From: Candidatus Dadabacteria bacterium
GTDB lineage: Bacteria > Desulfobacterota_D > UBA1144 > Nemesobacterales > CSP1-2
Length of the DNA stretch: 13,778 nt
Assembly: GCA_040289575.1 (NCBI GenBank)
Contig: PSLL01000002.1
Span: forward strand, 102,084 to 115,861
Direction of reading: 5' to 3'
The notes beneath the pieces were generated by a model. That model was not told where the DNA came from. It saw only the letters and a program-made list of their open reading frames with translations, and did not search any database. Each line of letters opens with the position of its first letter. Within the stretch, counting starts at the first letter, position 1. The position numbers and the translations under genes were made by a program. Below, piece by piece: positions 7,799 through 13,778 of this stretch.

Positions 7799-8851
7799 AT
7801 GGGAAAGGGACTATCAAGACTCAGCGTTCTTTTCATGATTCTCCTCTTTACATCCATATATTGTGGAGGGAATAACGGTGGAGACAATACAAGCAACTCT
7901 ACAAAGCTCTCTATCCAAGTTCCATCTAAGATATCCACAACTGAGGCATCTATACAGCCCACAACCGGAGACATTAAAACCATAACTATTATTGTAGAGG
8001 GTAGTGATTTCTCCACAATAGAGGATACATTCAATTTCCCCGGACAGATTAGGATATTTGTTCCTGTAGGGGACAATAGGACATTTAGGCTTCTGGCCTT
8101 TGATGCAAATGGACAGCTGATCTTTAGGGGAACAGCTGAGGGGGTAAATATCTTCCCCGGAGAAAATACGGTGACAATTACACTCATCCCCGTAGTTGAG
8201 ATATGCGACAATGGGATAGATGATGATGGGGATGGACTTATAGACTGTGCCGATCCAGATTGTAATGGACAGGTGTGTGACTCTAGCAACACCAGCCGCG
8301 TTTGTGTCAATCATCAGTGTGAGGTTCCAGCGACGCCCACGCCGGGAGGCGGTGCCGATTTATCAATCACAAAATCTGCCAGACCTGATCCTGTAGTGAT
8401 AGGAAACAACTTGACATACATCCTTACGATTAGAAATAATGGGCCTGGTTCCGCAACCGGAGTAGTTGTTACGGATATATTGCCCGTAGGCGTGACGCTC
8501 TTGTCTTCATCTGCCACACAGGGTACATGTAATGGCACAAGTGTAGTGACATGCAATGTGGGTAATCTAGCCAACGGGGCGAGTGCCACAATAACGATTG
8601 TGGTGAAGACCATAAGAGATGGGGTAATCGGCAACACCGCCGATGTGACAGGAAATGAGACAGATCCTAATCTGAACAACAACACAGCTACAGAAGTAAC
8701 TACAGTCATTCCATCATCAACCCCGCCGCCTACGGGATGTTGCGAATTTGATAACACTTGTAGCGATACAACGAGGGCGGAATGCAGTAGACTGAATGGT
8801 ACCTTTTTCCCTGGGGAGTTCTGTAGTAATTCGGTTTGCCAATCGCCATAA
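7799..8851 (+). CDS. Probable surface lipoprotein: beta-sandwich domain, Asp/Cys-rich metal/Ca-binding motif, DUF11 (Ig-like) domain, Cys-rich C-terminus
   Basis: Basic N-terminus and hydrophobic core ending TSIY-C22-GGNNGG; EICDNGIDDDGDGLIDCADPDC; DUF11 signatures ADLSITKS, LTYILTIRNNGP..ATGVVVTDILP, DPNLNNNTA; terminal GCC..C..C..C..C module. Confidence 0.85.
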   Translation: MGKGLSRLSVLFMILLFTSIYCGGNNGGDNTSNSTKLSIQVPSKISTTEASIQPTTGDIKTITIIVEGSDFSTIEDTFNFPGQIRIFVPVGDNRTFRLLAFDANGQLIFRGTAEGVNIFPGENTVTITLIPVVEICDNGIDDDGDGLIDCADPDCNGQVCDSSNTSRVCVNHQCEVPATPTPGGGADLSITKSARPDPVVIGNNLTYILTIRNNGPGSATGVVVTDILPVGVTLLSSSATQGTCNGTSVVTCNVGNLANGASATITIVVKTIRDGVIGNTADVTGNETDPNLNNNTATEVTTVIPSSTPPPTGCCEFDNTCSDTTRAECSRLNGTFFPGEFCSNSVCQSP

Positions 8852-8958
8852 GTTAACGAGGAAATAGATACTTGATATTATTGTCAAGCGAATTCGGAGA
8901 AGAGAATGGATGATGAAAAAAGCCAGTCTAGAATCCGAGTGAAGTAGAAAACCGTAAT

Positions 8959-10039
8959 TTAATAATCAAGAGGACAGGCAAAGACACTATAAAATTCCTT
9001 AGGAAGAGATTGGTAGTCAATTTTCTCTATAATCTCACTAAAGTCCACAGAGTTGAATGTATGCCAAAAAAAAGAAAAACCCATTTATTAGCCTTGATGA
9101 AATCGAGAAAGGCCGCAAATGCCTTTCCAGTGTATGTTTCTTCAATCCGAAGCCCTTCCTCTAATGCCGCAACCCTTACAGCTTCTTTCGCCTTTTGTGT
9201 TGCATGTCCATAGCTCCTTTTCAATATAGCCATCGAGTAAAATTATATCTGGCTTCGATAGCGATGAGTCATGTTTGGGGAATATCTCTTAATTAAATGT
9301 CTTATTCACAAGCCTAGAGACCATGAATCTGTTTATAATGAGTTTTGTTGAAACGTTTAACCCTATAGTTTCCGTATCCAGCCCTGAGAGGACTCTGCCG
9401 ATGATTAGACCCGCCATTGTCCCTCCGGTTCCGGCTGGGACAAAGATATAATCCGGCTTGGGCATCTCCTCTTTTTCTATCTGTTCCTTGAGTTCAAAAA
9501 CAGCATTTACATATCCAAGTGTGCTAATCGGTGTCGTTCCGCCCGCAGGGATGTAAAGAGGCCTATTGCCAGATAAAAGGTACTTGAAGAATTCCCTCGT
9601 GACTATTAGAGGAATCTTCATATAGGAATCGGCAATAGTGCATCTCTGCACAGAAATAGGAGTCTAGTATGAGATTATTTCTAACCTGACAGGCGTTCGG
9701 CTGATTGAAAAGAACGAGTACAGATTTGAACCCAAGGTTCCTTGAATGTGCTGTTAAAGCAAGGGCATGGTTCGAGCCGAGCCTTCCAATCGTGATTAGG
9801 GTTTTTACTCCCTTACTCAGGGCATAGGCTAGAATGAACTCAAGCTTCCTTACCATTATTCCCCCCCCCGTATATACCAGACAAAGATCGTCTCTTTTTA
9901 TCCAGATTTCATCGGCTCTGAGTATTCTTTCGAGGCTTGAGAGCCTCTCTACGGGGCTTGGATAATTGCCGATTGCAATCCAAGGAATATTTTCTTCAAT
10001 CTGAGGATAAGATTTAAAAAGAGGAAGTGTATCTTTCAT
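8959..10039 (-). pseudogene. PLP-dependent ACC deaminase / D-cysteine desulfhydrase family pseudogene
   Basis: Family motifs spread over four segments in changing frames: IWIKRDDL..VRKLEF, GSNHAL, YIPAGGT..LGYVNA, PDYIFVPAGTGGTMAGL, YGHAT, ETYTGKAFAA, and a C-terminal segment missing from the ORF track (WHTFNSVDFS...LPKEFYSVFACPLDY, stop 8959-8961). Lesions near 9855-9885, 9634, 9290, 9217 and 9066-9073. Confidence 0.9.
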
Positions 10040-10240
10040 ATAAGCGCTTTTTATTTTACAGTATAAAAATGAGCAAGCCAGACAGATTTCAAATATATCT
10101 CACGTATAGTTATGCTTTAGACAAATTTTGTCGGTTGATTTTTCCTCCCAAGTCAATCAATGGCTGATTATCCGAATAAGCCCTTTCCTACAAGGCTATT
10201 TTGTAAATATTATCAGCAGATTAGACAAGAGCCGACATTA

Positions 10241-10255
10241 TGGCATGAATATTGC
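10241..10255 (+). promoter_or_regulatory. Putative sigma54 (-24/-12) promoter
   Basis: TGGCATGAATATTGC gives GG-N10-GC and closely matches consensus TGGCACGNNNNTTGC; predicted +1 near 10267, just before ATG 10269. Confidence 0.55.
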
Positions 10256-10409
10256 CAAAAATATGTGTATGAAGACATTTGAGTTTGTAGCATTCGATTC
10301 GTCGGGCAAAAAGAGGGCAGGTATAATAAACGCCTGGGGGTTATCCGAGGCTAAAAGGAAGATACAGCAAAAGGGATTTTATTTGGCTTCTATAAAGATT
10401 CGGGATGGC

Positions 10410-10460
10410 TTAGCGGGATATGGGGTAACCCCAACTAAATTGGGGATCAAGGGAGAAGGC
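10410..10460 (+). repeat. G-rich 51-nt insertion-like unit A
   Basis: Contains CGGGATATGGGGTA (10414-10427); alternative hairpins TGGGGT-A-ACCCCA (10421-10433) and CCCCAA-CTAAA-TTGGGG (10429-10445); four G3+ runs; flanked by GGC/GGC. Confidence 0.55.
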
Positions 10461-10474
10461 GTTCAGGAAACCTC

Positions 10475-10519
10475 GGGATCTGGGGTAGCGACCAAGAGGG
10501 AGGGTATTTAGGGAACCTC
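10475..10519 (+). repeat. G-rich 45-nt insertion-like unit B with AACCTC direct repeat
   Basis: CGGGATCTGGGGTA (10474-10487) is 13/14 identical to the unit A motif; five G3+ runs; AACCTC at 10469-10474 and 10514-10519. Confidence 0.6.
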
Positions 10520-10614
10520 TCCTCAAAACCCCCTTTCGTTTCTTAAGAAGCTAAAAAGATTCTTCTTTTCTGATACTAAGGTTGGCACCTAACTAATGTA
10601 AGACCGATTGAGAT

Positions 10615-10938
10615 TTATTCTTTAACGGCCTCTCTGATTAATGGTTCCAACTCGCCACGCTGGTGCATTTCAAGGCAGATGTCACAGCCGCCTATTAGTT
10701 TTCCATTTATATATACCTGTGGAAAGGTAGGCCAGTTCGAGAATCTCTTCAGAGCCTCCCTTAGTTCAGGGTCAGCCAGTACATCTACAGTTTCAAAAGA
10801 AACCCCATATGACTCAAAAAGCCTTACTGTCCTGGCAGAATAACCGCACTGAGGCATTGTCCTCGTTCCCTTCATGTAGATGAGAATCTTATTCTCGTCT
10901 ATCTGAGATTGTATTTTTTTAATTATGTCTTCTGCCAT
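10615..10938 (-). CDS. grxD: Monothiol glutaredoxin, Grx4 family
   Basis: YMKGT..PQCGYS (CGFS variant), WPTFPQVYING..IGGCDI; SD AAGGAG at 10945-10950 on the minus strand. Confidence 0.96.
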   Translation of the reverse strand: MAEDIIKKIQSQIDENKILIYMKGTRTMPQCGYSARTVRLFESYGVSFETVDVLADPELREALKRFSNWPTFPQVYINGKLIGGCDICLEMHQRGELEPLIREAVKE

Positions 10939-11023
10939 TTTTCACTCCTTACAGATTTAATTCTAATATTATAATTTGGGAGATTAAACCGCAGCCAACC
11001 AAACAGATATGTCAGTTCTCTTT

Positions 11024-11257
11024 CTATTTCATCCGTCTCCACTGCTCAGGTGTATAAGTTCTCAGAGATAGAGCATGAATATTATTCATAAACCCTCCGA
11101 GAGCCTTATAGACAATTTGATGCTGCTCAAGAAGTCCCTTCCCCACAAACTCAGAAGAGACAACAACAACCTGAAAATGGGTGCCATCCCCTTCCACATC
11201 CACAATAGAGTCGAGTATCGCACTTTCAATTATAGATTTAATTCTTTTTGGGTCCAT
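11024..11257 (-). CDS. bolA: BolA/IbaG family Fe-S metabolism protein
   Basis: GDGTHFQVVVVSSEFVGK.LLEQHQIVY..L...IHALSLRTYTP; canonical adjacency to grxD. Confidence 0.94.
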   Translation of the reverse strand: MDPKRIKSIIESAILDSIVDVEGDGTHFQVVVVSSEFVGKGLLEQHQIVYKALGGFMNNIHALSLRTYTPEQWRRMK

Positions 11258-11264
11258 AACAATT

Positions 11265-11270
11265 ATTATA
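11265..11270 (-). promoter_or_regulatory. -10 element of a probably leaderless bolA transcript
   Basis: Minus strand reads TATAAT-aattgtt-ATG (7-nt gap); no SD sequence. Confidence 0.5.
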
Positions 11271-11370
11271 CATGATTTGGAAAGTCGGATTCGTTTGTTA
11301 AAACCGCCTAGAATTTTTATTACAACTCCTCATCATACCGTCTAAGGAGGGCCGAATTTATTTACAAGAC

Positions 11371-11589
11371 CTATTTAGCCCTACTGATAAGAGAAGCCGA
11401 GTTACGCATATATCTGAGGCACAGGCCTATAAATTCGGAAAACGTAAGGTTATGCGCCCAGAAATACTGCTGCCTCTCAAACTCGGAAAGGCGATTGAGG
11501 AGGTCTTCGGGCATTGACTGTTGCCATTTGAGATACTGGTCTCCCCAGTAATCTACCTCCTCATCCGATATGGCTAGGGTTTCATCCAT
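11371..11589 (-). CDS. Hypothetical 72-aa protein
   Basis: ATG with GGAGG 11 nt upstream; fills otherwise empty space; helical, aromatic-rich composition; no family recognised. Confidence 0.65.
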   Translation of the reverse strand: MDETLAISDEEVDYWGDQYLKWQQSMPEDLLNRLSEFERQQYFWAHNLTFSEFIGLCLRYMRNSASLISRAK

Positions 11590-11615
11590 TCTTTATTGAT
11601 CCTCCATTTTATTTT

Positions 11616-11633
11616 TTGTTGATTAAATCACAA
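11616..11633. promoter_or_regulatory. Possible CRP/Rex-like operator
   Basis: Minus strand TTGTGA-TTTAAT-CAACAA: 8/10 to the CRP core TGTGA-N6-TCACA, with AT-rich flanks. Confidence 0.3.
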
Positions 11634-11837
11634 ACGCGCAATCATGGCAAGAGGTTTTCATAAATTCGAAAAAATCGAAAGAGAAAATAATATTGGTTAC
11701 AGAGAGAGTTATTTTTACCCCTGCGTTCTTTGTATTCCCTACGGCTAAATTATACTGTTTGTTCTTCCTTGGCAGAGCAATGAGTTTAGTGGTATATTGG
11801 GTGATTGCATAGAATATAAAAAAGTGGGCAAGCAGTC

Positions 11838-13367
11838 ATGATTTCTAAAGTTCTAAGCGGCGCCGTTCTTGGGATTGATGCATACCTGGTGGAGGTTGAG
11901 GTAGATATTGCATTCGGATTTCCGCAGTTCTCTACGGTCGGTCTTCCCGAAGGGGCGGTAAAAGAGAGCAAAGAGAGAGTGAAGGCATCAATAAAAAACT
12001 GCGGATATGATTTCCCTCAGAAAAAGATCACCGTAAATCTCGCCCCTGCGGACATAAGAAAAGAAGGCTCTGCTTTCGATCTTCCAATCGCAATAGGAAT
12101 TCTTTCTGCCACAGGGCTTATAGGGACTGAGAAGCTCGGCGATTATATAATCCTTGGAGAACTCTCTCTCGATGGAAGGATAAAGGCCATAAGGGGCGCG
12201 CTTCCTATAACGATCTCCGTAAGGGATTCGGGGCTTCGGGGGATTATACTTCCAAAGGAAAACGCTGAAGAGGCGGCCGTTGTAAATGGGGTGGATGTCC
12301 TTGCCGTTGAGTCATTGCCTGAGGTTGCGGAATTTCTCTCAGGAATTCGAGGGATAAAGCCGACTGAAATTGACATAGATCAGGTGTTTAACCAGAGCCG
12401 CCAATACCAGATTGATTTTCAAGAGGTAAAGGGACAGGAGCACGCAAAACGCGCTTTGGAGGTTGCGGCGGCGGGAGGACATAATGTTCTTATGATAGGT
12501 CCACCCGGAACCGGAAAAACGATGCTTGCCCGAAGGCTGCCCACTATATTGCCGGATATGAATTTTGAGGAGGCCCTTGAGACGACAAAGATATATTCTG
12601 TTGCGGGGCTTCTTCCCACAAACCCCGCCCTTATCGCGATAAGACCCTTTCGCTCGCCACACCACACTATAAGTGATGCGGGACTGATTGGAGGGGGTGC
12701 GGTGCCAAAGCCGGGCGAGGTAAGCCTCGCGCATAACGGCGTTCTGTTTCTCGATGAGCTTCCGGAGTTTAGAAAGAACGTCCTTGAGGTCATGCGCCAG
12801 CCCCTTGAGGACGGGAAGGTGACAATATCAAGGGCGGCAACATCAATTACGTATCCGTCGAGATTTATGTTGGTCGCGGCAATGAATCCTTGTCCGTGTG
12901 GGTTTTACGGAGACCCGCATAAGGAATGCACGTGTTCCCCGATTCAAATTCAAAAATATAGAGCCAAGGTTTCGGGTCCCCTTCTTGACAGGATTGACAT
13001 CCACATAGAGGTTCCTACTGTGAAATACAGGGAACTCTCAAGCGAATCGGCTGGAGAGGGTTCTTCCGATATCAGAGAAAGAGTAAATCGCGCAAGAGGG
13101 ATTCAGAAAACCAGACTTCAAGGAACAAGGGTCCATTCAAATGCCCAGATGACTCCAAGATATGTAAAGAAATTCTCAAGGCCCGATGAGGCAGGGATAA
13201 AGCTCCTTGAGACCGCTATAGACAGACTGGGACTCAGCGCCAGGGCCTATGATAGAATACTTAAGGTCGCGCGCACTATAGCGGACTTGGATAATTCTGA
13301 GGGTGTCCGTTCGCATCATATTTCAGAGGCGATTCAATATAGAACACTCGATAGAAACATGATTTAG
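11838..13367 (+). CDS. comM: YifB/ComM family Mg-chelatase-like AAA+ ATPase
   Basis: [42 protein letters not shown], Walker [18 protein letters not shown], Walker [47 protein letters not shown]. Confidence 0.96.
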   Translation: MISKVLSGAVLGIDAYLVEVEVDIAFGFPQFSTVGLPEGAVKESKERVKASIKNCGYDFPQKKITVNLAPADIRKEGSAFDLPIAIGILSATGLIGTEKLGDYIILGELSLDGRIKAIRGALPITISVRDSGLRGIILPKENAEEAAVVNGVDVLAVESLPEVAEFLSGIRGIKPTEIDIDQVFNQSRQYQIDFQEVKGQEHAKRALEVAAAGGHNVLMIGPPGTGKTMLARRLPTILPDMNFEEALETTKIYSVAGLLPTNPALIAIRPFRSPHHTISDAGLIGGGAVPKPGEVSLAHNGVLFLDELPEFRKNVLEVMRQPLEDGKVTISRAATSITYPSRFMLVAAMNPCPCGFYGDPHKECTCSPIQIQKYRAKVSGPLLDRIDIHIEVPTVKYRELSSESAGEGSSDIRERVNRARGIQKTRLQGTRVHSNAQMTPRYVKKFSRPDEAGIKLLETAIDRLGLSARAYDRILKVARTIADLDNSEGVRSHHISEAIQYRTLDRNMI

Positions 13368-13380
13368 GATTGGCATTAGC

Positions 13381-13778
13381 ATGGATAAAACTAAAACCAT
13401 CAAACAACTAGAATCCATTGTTGGAAAGGAGAACGTTCTGTACCACAAAGAGGATGTCATTGTGTATGAACAGGACGCGTTTGTGATGAGCGCCCTTCCT
13501 GATTTTGTAGTCTTTCCTTCTAAAACATCTGAGGTTTCGGATATAGTAAAACTCGCAAACAAAGAGGGAATACCGATTGTTCCGCGCGGTGCAGGGACGG
13601 GGATAAGTGGAGGCGCGATTCCGGTCTCAGGCGGTATTATGATTTCACTTACAAAGATGAATAGGATCCTTGAGATAGATTTAAAGAACCGTGTGGCCGT
13701 TGTAGAGCCGGGGGTGATAAATTTAGAACTCACAAAAGTCGTTGCGCCTTATGGGTTCTTTTATGCCCCCGATCCCTC
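13381..13778 (+). CDS. glcD: FAD-linked oxidase, glycolate oxidase subunit GlcD-like (3' truncated by window end; absent from the ORF track)
   Basis: Own translation from ATG 13381: ...VYEQDA...PDFVVFP...PIVPRGAGTGISGGAIP..GGIMISLTKMNRILEID...VVEPGVINLEL...FFYAPDP; open to the window end. Confidence 0.85.
   Translation, partial: MDKTKTIKQLESIVGKENVLYHKEDVIVYEQDAFVMSALPDFVVFPSKTSEVSDIVKLANKEGIPIVPRGAGTGISGGAIPVSGGIMISLTKMNRILEIDLKNRVAVVEPGVINLELTKVVAPYGFFYAPDP

Larger units (their letters stand above)
10269..10592 (+). pseudogene. Small stand-alone protein resembling the N-terminal segment of PilC/GspF, interrupted by two short insertions; currently translates 80 aa to TAG 10509-10511
   Basis: MKTFEFVAFDSSGKKRAGIINAWGLSEAKRKIQQKGFYLASIK resembles the PilC/GspF N-terminal beta-beta-alpha-beta pattern; the same frame continues past the TAG as GTSPQNPLSFLKKLKRFFFSDTKVGT to TAA 10590-10592. 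Confidence 0.6.

Noticed and set aside
7699..8757. Long antisense ORFs (203, 166 and 147 aa) opposite the lipoprotein gene
   Set aside because: Shadow ORFs of a well-supported plus-strand gene with no motifs of their own.
7799..8851. Nine N-x-S/T sequons suggesting N-glycosylation
   Set aside because: The protein is very rich in Asn, Ser and Thr, so this count is close to chance expectation.
8871..8888. Hairpin CTTGATA-TTAT-TGTCAAG after the lipoprotein gene as a terminator
   Set aside because: Weak AT-rich stem with no U-tract.
9861..9869. G9 tract as a phase-variation switch
   Set aside because: The gene has several other independent lesions, so a change in tract length could not restore function.
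10128..10268. Long N-terminal extension of the 127-aa ORF in the ORF track
   Set aside because: TTG start without SD in AT-rich intergenic DNA containing the sigma54 motif; recognisable protein begins at ATG 10269.
10414..10487. Mini CRISPR array (repeat at 60-nt spacing)
   Set aside because: Only two 14-nt imperfect copies, too short for CRISPR repeats, and no cas genes.
10509..10511. Pyrrolysine or amber read-through of the in-frame TAG
   Set aside because: No pyl genes are in the window, TAG is the normal stop for several genes here, and the codon lies inside the 45-nt insertion, which explains it more simply.
11645..11659. Second sigma54-like motif TGGCAAGAGGTTTTC
   Set aside because: Lacks the essential GC at -12.
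11838..13367. comM as a mobile-element integration hotspot
   Set aside because: The gene is intact, and no integrase, att duplication or split is visible.
9010..13733. Short ORFs 9010-9213, 11075-11275, 11786-11971, 12143-12376, 12339-12734, 12419-12793 and 13323-13733
   Set aside because: Antisense shadows of the pseudogene, bolA, comM and glcD.

Overview
Bacterial chromosomal window of moderate GC from a diderm organism. The gene style suggests a deltaproteobacteria-like lineage, which is inference only. Left to right: (1) a GAF-PAS hybrid histidine kinase whose 5' end appears frameshifted by loss of one CAAT unit; (2) a co-oriented five-gene cassette encoding a class II cyclic-nucleotide phosphodiesterase, a CHASE2 membrane adenylate cyclase, a TPR + outer-membrane beta-barrel protein, a secreted FecR-domain protein and a Cys-rich DUF11 lipoprotein, which together look like a trans-envelope cAMP signalling system; (3) a multiply disrupted ACC deaminase/D-cysteine desulfhydrase-family pseudogene; (4) a small PilC/GspF-N-terminus-like gene behind a sigma54-type promoter, interrupted by two tiny G-rich, codon-multiple insertions, one carrying a stop; (5) grxD, bolA/ibaG and a 72-aa orphan; (6) comM/yifB and the 5' part of a GlcD-like FAD oxidase. 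No rRNA, tRNA, CRISPR array or transposase was seen.
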